A model generated the notes under the pieces. It was not told the origin of the DNA, searched no databases, and worked only from the letters and a program-made list of their open reading frames with translations. The translations under genes were made by a program, and so were the position numbers. A stretch of 63,993 nt of DNA, the filler included, from Dirinaria sp. TL-2023a (lineage: Eukaryota): assembly GCA_051941275.1 (NCBI GenBank). It is 44 parts of 44 records of this genome, joined end to end, with 100 filler letters (N's around TTAATTAATTAA, not from the genome) between each part and the next. Parts side by side here need not be neighbours in the genome. Positions count along the whole stretch, not along the records: positions 1 to 1,389 come from JAVEBF010002757.1; positions 1,490 to 2,878 come from JAVEBF010002758.1; positions 2,979 to 4,367 come from JAVEBF010002759.1; positions 4,468 to 5,855 come from JAVEBF010002760.1; positions 5,956 to 7,342 come from JAVEBF010002761.1; positions 7,443 to 8,824 come from JAVEBF010002762.1; positions 8,925 to 10,301 come from JAVEBF010002763.1; positions 10,402 to 11,777 come from JAVEBF010002764.1; 36 more parts are not named here. The stretch is one strand, 5' to 3'. This document shows positions 1-10,741 of this stretch, piece after piece. Each line of letters starts with the position of its first letter. Position 1 is the first letter of the stretch.

Positions 1-543
1 AGACATGGCTCAAGAGACTGTACCGTAGGCGGCATCCATGGTAAGGGATAGCATAAAGCTTTAGCTCAAATCAGCGGAGAGCGTTCCCAGATTGACAGTA
101 ACGAGAACAAAGTAGCTGACAGTGAATGACTCACACTGTAAAAGTCAAAGCATACAATGGGTTCGATAATCGAATAGCCAACATTGAAGGCAGCCAAGCA
201 ATGAAGACCCACCCAGCAACCCCACACCAAGCAAACTGCATCACCCCTCTTGAACCATTTTTTGGGATCTGTAGAATTATACTTGGCGGTAAAATGCACA
301 TAGTATTGACTTCGCAGTCTTTCGTCATCTAGAAATACGTCCATTATTCAAGGTTCTTTTAAGAGGCTTGCCCCGACTTCTCAAGACTGAGGACCTTCAT
401 TCCCTAGCCCGCCAAAAATTTTAGACCTTGAGCGTAATCCCTCCTCATCCAAAATGCAGCACCGCAATGTCGAATTAGAGCTAGAAACGGTGAACCTCCG
501 GCGTGCTTCTAACAAGCAATTACCGCTCGAGCCGCTAAGGCTC

Positions 544-1140
544 CTAAGTCAACGAGGTATTTCCCAGAAGATAGAAAAACCCCAATTCAAACGTCTGCAA
601 TACCACAATTGTGATTACAGTAGCAACGGCACATAGCGGACAAAGCCAAGCCAAGACTTTGAGTAAAATCCGTTGTTTCGGACGGTTGATCCTCAGATAT
701 TGTTCTAGCGATGTTCCAATAGCTCCATGGAAAATCGAAAGTATGACAAAAGTGCTGGTATAACAAAAGGAAAAGCTGATTATGTAATATCCTGTAGAGA
801 CGATTAATATATATAATCGTGTAATGCGTCCCGATAAGGCGAGAAAAGAGATAATGACCGTCGACACTGATGAGAAGATTGCAGAGATCAAAATCCAGTA
901 CCACTCGAATTGCTGGTACACATGCGGTATTTCTGATCTCGTTTCTTCTCTCGTTGAACTTTCGTTGGCTGAAGTCCCGAGCGTTGTGTAGCCGTCGTTT
1001 GCTAGTGTGCTACAGCCAAACGATGCTCTAGAGCGAACCCCGCCTATGCGTTCTTCCTCAGTCTCAATGTCTGTTCCCGTTCTTCTAATAGACGATCGGG
1101 TTTCCAAAGCGATAGCATCGATATTTGTGGCGTCTTCCAT
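544..1140 (-). CDS. Hypothetical membrane protein (probably partial or spliced)
   Basis: 198-aa ORF with a Ser/Thr/Arg-rich N-terminus followed by several hydrophobic segments (WYWILISAIFSS..., LYILIVSTGYYII..., VLAWLCPLCAVATVITIVVL). No family recognised. Confidence 0.4.
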   Translation of the reverse strand: MEDATNIDAIALETRSSIRRTGTDIETEEERIGGVRSRASFGCSTLANDGYTTLGTSANESSTREETRSEIPHVYQQFEWYWILISAIFSSVSTVIISFLALSGRITRLYILIVSTGYYIISFSFCYTSTFVILSIFHGAIGTSLEQYLRINRPKQRILLKVLAWLCPLCAVATVITIVVLQTFELGFFYLLGNTSLT

Positions 1141-1489
1141 TCTTGGTTTCCAGTAACCGACGCGTATGAGGTTTGATTGGGTTTTGTCTCTGCCACGGAG
1201 CTCTTCACCATTCGAGGTACTTCCAGGCCCAGTGTGGGAGTCAACCGCTATGTTCTCATGACTGGAAAAGTCTATTTCTGAGAAGAATCAGTATAAACTT
1301 TCCCCCCGTATGATGCTTTACGTTCTTGACTCACCGTAGTAGGCCTCCAAAATGCTTAGCAGCGGTAGCACCAGCAATATCACGGGGAANNNNNNNNNNN
1401 NNNNNNNNNNNNNNNNNNNNNNNNNNNNNNNNNTTAATTAATTAANNNNNNNNNNNNNNNNNNNNNNNNNNNNNNNNNNNNNNNNNNNN

Positions 1490-1776
1490 TTTATTCGATA
1501 GATAAATCTTTTGTTGAGTTTTTTGATCCTTTTAATCGCTACTAAACTTGGCTCCTCATTATTATCTGAATCGATCACGGCGTGCTCGCCCTGATTCATA
1601 GTCATGAATTCGTCATAATGTTCTTGCAGAGTAATCACTAAAGATTGCTCGAAACTCTTTTTCTCGACATTTGAAGTTTTAGTCTCTCGATTCTGATAAG
1701 ATGCTGAATCGAATGAAGATAATCTGAGTTGATTTACAGCAATACGTTTTTTCAGAATTTTAGTGTCTGAAGACAT
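1490..1776 (-). pseudogene. Mutated protein-kinase-like N-terminal fragment
   Basis: LVAIKRIK resembles kinase subdomain II. It lies in CC/GG-depleted sequence and is truncated by the contig end. Confidence 0.4.
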
Positions 1777-2151
1777 CGACGAAACAACTTGCGATGTGTC
1801 ATCAGCAACGATTGATGCGAAGTCTCAGAGCTGAGTGATAGATCTTTTTTGCTCAGACATGATTTGAAGATTCGAACATGAATTCAAAGAGAGTCATATA
1901 GCATTTCGAATCGCTTTGAGTCTACTTTTGAAGTTCTCATACAGTCAAAGACGGAGCAAAGAGCAGCCTAAAAGTGAATAAAAGGAGTGATCAGAAGCAG
2001 TCAAAAATGAGTGAGATGATCTCTCAATGATTGATATCGTCTGAAGCTTAGCACGACAGGCTTGATCAAATTTTTTAGAATTGCTTTAAGGAAGCTATCT
2101 CTGTAATATCATCTAAAGCTATCGTTTCACATAGCGAGATCATGTAAGAGA

Positions 2152-2878
2152 TCACATGTCTTGTCTCTTCTTAGCTGGCTGATAGTCAAGTTTTAACAAT
2201 TTTACTCTCAGATCTAGATGCGGCTGAATAAGATCTCGCAATTCGTCTCGGATCTTCTCATTTGCAGAAACTGCATCAATAGTCATATCAAGACTCTCTT
2301 CGAAAGTTCTGCGGACTTATCTGTGATTAACATATTCCCTCTATTCTTCTCTGAACGTGGCTTTACATGATTCTTCAAAATGTGTCGTAGGTCTGTCATA
2401 TCATTATGATAAAGGGCCCGTCGATGCTTTTCGACATACTGTGAGCTTGAGGCCAGTCTTTCATTCCTAAAGTACAGTCATACTTGAAGCATCTGACATC
2501 AATAACTTAGTAAAGTTCTTAGAGAGTGCTTCTCGTAAGTCTAATACTTACGTAATCATGATTCAGGGTATTTTTCTTCAAAGCTCTGTCGAGCAGCTCG
2601 ATAGCGAGATACTCATTCTCTGTCATTGTTAAATAATTTCTAGCAATCAAGAAGTCTTTCGTGTTTATTTAGATCGTTTAACTGTCATATCAAATGAATA
2701 TTGCGCGTGCGAACTTCTGATCTATTGAAATCTTGTATAAGCTCTTTTAAGAAGAACAGTTGTGTCGCGATTTCAAAATCGGAGGCTATCATTAGAACTT
2801 TTCCGTAGTCGTCGATAATTCCATCGAAGCAGTGCGGCTCACTGAAGAAAGCTATGTGAAAATTAGACAGTTTTAAGT
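2152..2878 (-). pseudogene. Ferric-reductase-like NAD-binding domain, C-terminal part, RIP-mutated
   Basis: Manual minus-strand translation gives FFSEPH..IDDYGKVLMIASDFEIATQLFFLKELIQDFNRSEVRTRNIHLI*QL, matching FRE NAD-binding GPHG..YxxVLMxASGFGIAxQLPxLKxL...RxIHLVWQ. Intron remnants are present and the terminal exon reads VSANEKIRDELRDLI...LKLDYQP. Confidence 0.75.
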
Positions 2879-4520
2879 NNNNNNNNNNNNNNNNNNNNNN
2901 NNNNNNNNNNNNNNNNNNNNNNTTAATTAATTAANNNNNNNNNNNNNNNNNNNNNNNNNNNNNNNNNNNNNNNNNNNNTATGGGTGTTGTAAGTAAGATC
3001 TACACACTACATTCAACACACAGGAACCGGGATGTCACACTGACACTTTGAAGGATATGTGAAAAGGAGGAGTGATGAGATTCATTTTCGTAGGCGCGGG
3101 CTCAGGTGTTGAGCGGAACCTTTTGATTGTTGTGACGCTTCTTTTCGTTGTTCAATGCCGTTCTGAGCAGTGCTATATAGTATACTAGATCATCCTCCGC
3201 CGAAGGGAGATCTTTCACTGCAATGATATCAAATCATTGCCCATTAATCATGTTCGAGTATAAATATTTGAGCAGCTATCAAATGCAAGCCATCAATTAG
3301 GATTACGCTGACAGATGGTACCACTCCAAAGGCCAAATTGGGGTTACATACTCATGTTGGAAATAGAGCATTGACGATTGGAAATCTAATCTGAGGTCAT
3401 AACCAGGTGCCTATATAGAGCATTAGGTGTTTGCCTACCTACCTGGTTGCCAAATGATAAAGATAGTGAAAAAAATCAAAGAAATCTATCTAGAATACAT
3501 GTGGGTAGTAAACATCATGGTAAACATCTATGTGCCATCGGCCAAACATCGGTTCAGCCCTATGGTAAGGGGGATTCCCAACAACTCATCATTTGAACAG
3601 CGAGACTGGCAGACGCATAGAAGTGCAACAAAGAAGAATCACTCTACGCTATTTGCCACCGCTCTCTAAAATACCGTATATAGCAAGCATGATGAATAAT
3701 AACCGCACTTGATGGCTGTCCCTGTTACATACTCCCTTGCATAATCTCCATTATCTACAATGCTCCTTATATCCACTCTCCTACTACCACAGCCTACTTT
3801 CCCTCCATCAACCCACCCTTACCTTAACATCCAGCATTGCCCTCAATCTCAAAGACTGACACAGGTGCGTTCCAGCTTCCGAACTCTCCACACTGGCTGT
3901 ATTTCCTGTTCAGACAAGCAACAGTGAAACAGTTAATCAAGCAATATGCATTGATACTAAGTAACTACCTGTAAAACCGGAAACGGGTGGTCCGGTAACT
4001 ACCAAATGCCAGGTATAAGTTGACGAAAACGGTTAGCCTCCACAAGATGGCAGTCCTCGGGAACGGTAGTCCTCGGATAGGTAATAGGTAATGGATAATA
4101 GGTATAGGCAGTGGCCCGGATAGTATACATGGCAGTCCGCAAGATGCCAGTCCGCGGATAGGTAAACCGCAGGGCTCCGGGTAATAGTAATATCGGGTAT
4201 ATAGTAACCCACAATTCCTCGCTTTTCTTATAGATGTTAGGCAATTAATCACACACATACAAACTGCAAAACATAGGTACAATTGACCTCACAAACATCT
4301 TCTAAATCTGACAATCTTGTTAAATGGATCTTGGTAAATGGATTTGGTAAATGAATACTGGGACAGGNNNNNNNNNNNNNNNNNNNNNNNNNNNNNNNNN
4401 NNNNNNNNNNNTTAATTAATTAANNNNNNNNNNNNNNNNNNNNNNNNNNNNNNNNNNNNNNNNNNNNTGATAGGCCTGCGAGACCATTTGTGATGCATGT
4501 CCTCGTTTTCTTTTCGGTCT

Positions 4521-5734
4521 TCAGACCCTTTTGAACCAAGAAGATTTTTCGATCGCCTCTTTCTGAATTTTCCAAGGGTTTTCCCCCAACGTGATCAGTC
4601 TTTCGCCAAACTTATCCATTGCCTCCGTGACTTATTTTTTCAAGACCACGTCCTCACTTCTGTAATCTGAGTGTGCATCCTCGCCTGTCAAATTGTGGAA
4701 TGTGGCATCCTTCCAGGACTTGGTCCAATCTTGGATCCCTCTGAGAGCATCTTCATTATCCGGTTGAGTGTCCTTAGCAACAAGGTAAAATGAGCTCCTG
4801 GATTTATGTGCTGCCAAGGGTTTGAACAATGTGATGCTCGCAAATCGATCAAAGGTGCGTATTGTCAACACAGTGTCCCATCTATCAATCTTGTGCAACA
4901 ATACCACCATCGAGCCTCCTACCCTTACATGTCGTAATCCGATCAACAGCTGACTACAGATCAGTCGCCTCGACTCAAATCGTTGTCGAGACTCCACCAT
5001 ATTATGAGAATGATTCCGAAACACTTGACTGTCGCAGAACACAAGATCGAACCTCTCCCCCGCCCAGATCTCATCCTTTTGGAAATTTTCAAAATCCGAA
5101 TGTCGTTCGAGAATATTGCCATCATCGATACCCATGTCTCCCGCAAGCGACGTGAGATCCCCTTGCCAAACTCGTACAGCCGCACCTCTGAAACCGTCCC
5201 GCACGAATAATTTATGACCTCCATGCTCCTCCGGTAAAGTGGCTCCTGACACAGATGCCTGAGAGTTGAACTTTAGCGCTGAGGCGCTGTACCCACCAGA
5301 TGCCATGCACAGATCGAGGATATTCCTAGTGTCGACGAGGCTCATCACACCTGTGATCTCGTGCTTTTCATTTCCGATCCGTTGCATAAGGTTGAAAAAT
5401 CCCAGTGAAGTTCTCATATCTGCATTATCTGCCGTTCGCCGCTGACTTTGGAAATAGCTGTCCCTTGATTGCATGCTCCAACCCTAGCGATTGATCAGTT
5501 TGTTTGTTCGATGTGCTCCTGAGTTAGCAGCAAGCTAGCTTTATTTGAGATGTTTTGCTATTCATTTCTTCTTGCACCTTCTTAGGAGCCATTGAATCCG
5601 AGACTTGCCTCGACTTGAATTCTCACTAGCTCACGGAATACTTCAGATCATGAGCACAGATAGTTACGGATGTACTGGTTCGGAGGCCCTGGACTTTCGC
5701 CTTTGCTGACAGGGGTGTCCTGGTTGACGCTCAT
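4521..5734 (-). pseudogene. FtsJ-like (RrmJ-fold) SAM-dependent methyltransferase, apparently pseudogenised
   Basis: Motifs ILDLCMASGGYS, FDLVFCDSQV and LFKPLAAHKSRSSFYLVAK. There is an in-frame TAA at 4632-4634 followed by 36 more plausible codons (FGERLITLGENPWKIQKEAI), and an in-frame TGA at 5648-5650 in the putative first exon. Confidence 0.72.
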
Positions 5735-6057
5735 TCTCACCACTTTTCACCGAGCCAGGGATGACAAAAGTAGACGCCAACAATGCCAGGATACATTCAA
5801 ATAAATCCAGGTTTCACTGTACAAAAACCTTTGCTGCTGGGAAGGTCTTACGGTANNNNNNNNNNNNNNNNNNNNNNNNNNNNNNNNNNNNNNNNNNNNT
5901 TAATTAATTAANNNNNNNNNNNNNNNNNNNNNNNNNNNNNNNNNNNNNNNNNNNNCTCTCCCTCTTCCCCACCCCCTCGGTCAATATTCATCTCCCCCTT
6001 TTCTCTCCGCCAAAACCCTAATCCTACTAACCCTTTTCACTTCCCGCACCCCCGCAG

Positions 6058-6729
6058 CGCAACGCCGAAGAACTCTCCTCCTACCAAAAAAAGATCCTCG
6101 AACTCGATTCCCACTTCGGGCTCGCCCTCGCCGGCCTCGCCTCGGACGCGCGCGTGCTCTCAAATTTCATGAAACAGCAAGCCCTGGCCTCGAAACTGAC
6201 CTACGGGCGCGCGATCCCGCTCGAGCGGATCATCGACCAGATCGCCGACCGCGCGCAGTGGAACACTCAAATGGCCGGGAAACGGCCCTACGGCGTCGGG
6301 CTCCTCGTCGCCGGCGTCGACGACACGGGCCCTCATCTGTTCGAGTTCAGTCCCAGCGGCATGACGCAGGAGATGGCGGCTTGTGCGATCGGAGCCAGGA
6401 GTCAGATGGCCAGGACGTATCTGGAAAGGCATTTGGCGGAATTTGAGGGCGCGGGTAGAGAGGATTTGATTAGGCATGGGTTGAGGGCGTTGAAGGAGAG
6501 TTTGCCCCAGGATAAGGAGCTCAGTGTTGAGAATACGAGTGTGGGTGTTGTGGGCAAGGGAGCCGGGGGGAAGAGAAAGCTGGAGAGCTTTAAGCTGTAT
6601 GATGGGCCTGAGGTGGCGGCTTTGCTGGATGCGAGTTTGGAGAGTGCCGAGGGAGGGAATGCAGCGGAGACGGGGACGGGGGCGGCGGCGGCGGCGACGC
6701 AGGGAGAGGCGATGGATGTTGATTCATAG
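6058..6729 (+). CDS. PRE5: 20S proteasome subunit alpha type-6, last exon
   Basis: After a CTAAC...CAG acceptor the frame reads RNAEELSSYQKKILELDSHFGLALAGLASDARVLSNFMKQQ..GKRPYGVGLLVAG..GPHLFEFSPSG..AIGARSQMARTYLE. Confidence 0.95.
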   Translation, partial: RNAEELSSYQKKILELDSHFGLALAGLASDARVLSNFMKQQALASKLTYGRAIPLERIIDQIADRAQWNTQMAGKRPYGVGLLVAGVDDTGPHLFEFSPSGMTQEMAACAIGARSQMARTYLERHLAEFEGAGREDLIRHGLRALKESLPQDKELSVENTSVGVVGKGAGGKRKLESFKLYDGPEVAALLDASLESAEGGNAAETGTGAAAAATQGEAMDVDS

Positions 6730-6903
6730 ATTTCTTTTTTGCCTGTAAAAGATAGCTCGTATTTGGGTCCCTCAAGATTATTATGCATATTCCTATAAAC
6801 CTGTGCCCTAGATACTCATTACGCCTCGCTATGCACAGATCGATCGTATATATACACCATGGGTATCTTTCCCCACCTCCCCCTCCCCCAAAAAAACCAC
6901 ACC

Positions 6904-7342
6904 TCACTTCAGACTCCAATCAAGCTTCATCCTCTCCTCACTAACCCGATACTCCCTCAAACACCGCACACACTCCTCCGCGCTCAGCGCCTCGACCAAA
7001 ATCCCCGCATTTCCCCCCGAGATAAACCCGCCGCTGACGGCCGCCCGGATCCAAGCAATCAACCCATCGTAGTAACCCTCCACGTTGAACACCACGATGC
7101 CGCACCCGTGGATCCCGAGCTGGTTCCACGTCACCACCTCCATCAGCTCCTCCATGGTCCCGAAGCCGCCGGAGAGAGCTATGAACCCGCTTCCTGGCCC
7201 ACCTTCCATGACGCTCTGCGCCATCAGGTGTTTGCGGCTGTGCATGTCGCGCACGACGGTTACGCGCCCGTAGAGAGAGGGGTTGGGGGTGTTTTTCGCG
7301 TCGGTTTCTTTTTTTCCGACTCCTCCTCCTCCTCCTTCTTCT
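6904..7342 (-). CDS. LOG-family (lysine decarboxylase-like) nucleotide phosphoribohydrolase, 3' part
   Basis: VVRDMHSRKHLMA, GFIALSGGFGTMEELMEVVTWNQLGIH and FNVEGYYDGL are LOG signature motifs. Convergent with PRE5. Confidence 0.9.
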
Positions 7343-8052
7343 NNNNNNNNNNNNNNNNNNNNNNNNNNNNNNNNNNNNNNNNNNNNTTAATTAATTAANN
7401 NNNNNNNNNNNNNNNNNNNNNNNNNNNNNNNNNNNNNNNNNNGCCCTCTCTCTCTCTCTCCTTCCTTCTTCGTCCTCAAGCCCCTCTCCAAAAAAATAAA
7501 TAAATAAATCCAAAAAGCAGAGAAAGACATAAGAAGGCCAAGGAGTAAGTAAATAAGATCAGAACCCCCAAAAAGGAAAAAAAAAAAAAACCACACACAC
7601 AAATCGAACAGATCCCCCCCCCCCATTTGCGGCGGAGAAAAAGCGAAGCGTAGCTATCTGGTCGTAATGAGATAGATGGTTCTAGTACCAGGTAATCTTA
7701 CGTACGTAGAGGAAAGGAGGGGGGGGATATTTCCTGCAAAGGAAACAGGATTGAAAGACCAAAGGCAAGGCATGCATGCACTTCTGATGTATGGATGTAT
7801 GTGATGTGTAAAACCAGACATAATTGGAATCGAATGGATGGATGGCTGGGCACTCTTCAATCTTTTCACGAAAATCTTGAATCTTCCATCACAACATGCT
7901 TTCCTCAATAGTAGTGAATCATCATCATCAAAAACGCCGCGCTGTATATGAATGTACTATTTACCCAGGTAGGTAGGTACCTTAGGTAGTTAGCAGCAGC
8001 CAAGAACCGAAACCATGTTCCATACACAGACTCAGACTTAAAGTATTCCATC

Positions 8053-8824
8053 TTATGAAAACTCCACATTCCCTGCCCTTCCCCCCTCCCGCGCCAACTT
8101 GGCCTGTGCCCTTTCGGCCCTTCTCCTCTTTCGATTACTCGCGTATTCCGCGCTCGCCTCGGTCGTGTTGCCGTAATCCGTGCCGGGGCTCCCTACACTG
8201 CCTGCGCCTGGAGTGGCCAGCGGCCTCCCCGCGGCGCTTTCTGGGATCGGCGGTGGTTGTGGCATTGGAGGTTGCAGGTACTGCGGTTGAGGCGGCTGGC
8301 TCTGCTGCTGCTGCTGTTGTTGCTGCTGTTGCTGTGCCAGTAGTCTCTCATGCTCCTGTTGTCGCACTTGCTCGGCTGCTTGCTGTTGCTGCTGTTGTTG
8401 CTGACGCTCGAGAGCTTCCGTGCGTCGCCAACGGCGTGCACTCGCGCCTTCGGCTGCGCTCAGATCGCTGCCGCTGCCTCGTCGACGGCGGGAGCTACGG
8501 TCCTTGCGCCGTGCTTCGCGTGTAGCGGCTGCTTCTTCTTCAGGTAGTCGCCGTAGCGTGACGTGGCGGCCGTCGCTGTGCATCTTGACTTTGACGCTGA
8601 CCGGAGGAGAAGCGACACTACCTCCACTGCCAGAATGGTGGCGGCTACGGTCACGTTGCCGAGACGCTTCGCCGGCTGCAAGACCACCTACCGCTGCGCC
8701 TGCAAGGGCTGCCGCTGCAGCGTCACGCGATGGTCGTTGGTTAGAAGCGCTGGATTCAGAGTCGGAATAATTTTGGTGGAGGATCCCCTGGGGGTCAGGG
8801 GGAAGCGGGGGCATGGAAGCCTGT
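8053..8824 (-). CDS. Low-complexity fungal hypothetical protein, C-terminal part (polyQ, Ser/Arg-rich)
   Basis: Long GC-rich open frame running to the contig end, with PPVSVKVKMHSDGRHVTLRRLPEEEA and terminal RKRRRAERAQA; CAG/CAA polyQ tracts. Confidence 0.7.
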
Positions 8825-10401
8825 NNNNNNNNNNNNNNNNNNNNNNNNNNNNNNNNNNNNNNNNNNNNTTAATTAATTAANNNNNNNNNNNNNNNNNNNN
8901 NNNNNNNNNNNNNNNNNNNNNNNNATCATCTACCTGCTAGCGATCTACTTTATCTGCTTAAAATGCTTTCGATACATTAGAGAACATACATTAAAAAGTC
9001 GAGAAGTTTCACTCATTTGAATTCTCGTTTTTTCTCTGCTTTTTTTCAAAAATTAAAAAACCTACTCCGCTGTCTGATTTTGAAAAAAAATTGATTCATT
9101 TTACGCGCGTTTATATAATCATTGAAAACTCTGCAATTGACAATTGCAGTTAAAAGACTTTTGAAGCAAAAAGAGTGCTTGATTGTTTGGTTACTTGAGT
9201 TGCTTGATTTTTTTTAGAAGCAAAACCCTCTAGACTTTCAACCCGAAACGTCAGCCACAGATATCTACTGCACGCCCCACCTCAAGCAGAAAGAGGTCGA
9301 CTTTTTCTGTTTCACGTTATCATATACAATCAATACAGGGGACGGTAAAGCATACGAGATCCTGCTTGATAACAAAAACGAAGCATTATCTCAAAAGATT
9401 TTCTGTAATGTTATGAGAGAAAAGCTCAAGCAAATCACTACCTTTAGTGATGAAACCTACTCAATGGACGTGGCTACGATTGACGACCTCCCCCTTTGCT
9501 ATGAAAGAAACAGCTAGCTCTTTCCGCAGTTGTTAGATGGAGTAAACCAACTTTAACACAGGCACCAGCAAGACAAGGCTATTCACAAACTACGTATTTG
9601 GAAATTCTTGACCAACCTGGTTGCCAGAGCAAATAACTGTTCTAGAAGCGACCAAAGATGCCGAGCCAAAAAGTTGTGGTTGACAGAAGCGCCAGTCATT
9701 GGTGCTTTGCTAATTATTCTCAAATCATATGTTATCAGCGAGAAGCATCAGAAGCAAATCCGGATATTTAGGATTCCCTGACTCTCCCCGGGGAAGCAAA
9801 TAAGAAGAGAACTGGTCCAAGCAGGAGTAGTGATATCTAACCTAGCGCAAGCGGTTATAGGAGAGAAGGCGGTTGCTGTTGGAATCGTCAAGTATTTTCC
9901 TAGAGTTGATGGGGCAGGCAAGAGAAGTGGACACTATGATGGAAATCACGTCGAAAGTAATTCATGAATGATGACAATATTATTTTTTAAATGAACATAT
10001 TGATTTGAGATTTGATCTTTTATTTTTTTCTCTCTCGTATCTTATCTCTTTTATTTTGATGCTTTTTAAATCCTTTTATTCATCAACGCACACTCCCACT
10101 CTCCTCTTGTCAAGATCACCACTCCTTCCCTTCACAAAGCATCTCCCCCCTGGGCCCTCGCATTCTATGCAAATCTCAACCCTCAATACATGTACGAGTA
10201 TATGTCAAAAAAAAAAAAAACAAAAAAATCAAGATCGTCTGACGCTTTAAAAACAAAAATTCAATTTTAGATCCTAGCTCAAAAATCCCGCACATTTAAA
10301 TNNNNNNNNNNNNNNNNNNNNNNNNNNNNNNNNNNNNNNNNNNNNTTAATTAATTAANNNNNNNNNNNNNNNNNNNNNNNNNNNNNNNNNNNNNNNNNNN
10401 N

Positions 10402-10606
10402 AGACCAGAACACTAAGTATAAGGAAGAAAAGAAGGAAAAAACCAGAAGAAGCAGAAGTATAAGTACAGGAGGTGCAAGCAACAAATAGGGGCTCGGGTA
10501 TGCGGGTAACACGCCTAGGAGGGTATAGTGCAAAACCCCTTAATATCAGAGTCCTCAGGGTCCTCCAGGGTCCACACATAGGTGCTTCCAGGTCAGGTTC
10601 ATGACA
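10402..10606 (-). mobile_element. LTR family B, partial copy
   Basis: Ends ...CAGGTCAGGTTCATGACA on +; near-identical to the copies at 31869-32102 and 50509-50756. Confidence 0.85.
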
Positions 10607-10611
10607 GTCTC

Positions 10612-10741
10612 TGTTACGACCCTAGAACACCTAAGTAGTAAGATAGGCACCAAGTCCCTTAACTTGGTTTAGTTAGTCTTTTGGCGCTGCCGGGACTTTT
10701 ATCATTGGGAAACCTATGTAACCAAGGTTGGGTCTTTGACA
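10612..10741 (+). mobile_element. LTR family A (130 bp), solo copy
   Basis: TGTTACGACCC...GGTCTTTGACA with TG..CA ends; reverse complement of the copies at 47785-47914 and 34046-34175. Confidence 0.9.

Noticed and set aside
6160..7398. Long antisense or overlapping ORFs over PRE5 and LOG (similarly over uricase, ERG3 and STE3)
   Set aside because: Shadow ORFs caused by GC-rich codon bias on the true coding strand.
9240..9966. Stop-interrupted reading frame in an AT-rich contig
   Set aside because: No recognisable motif; it cannot be assigned without a search.
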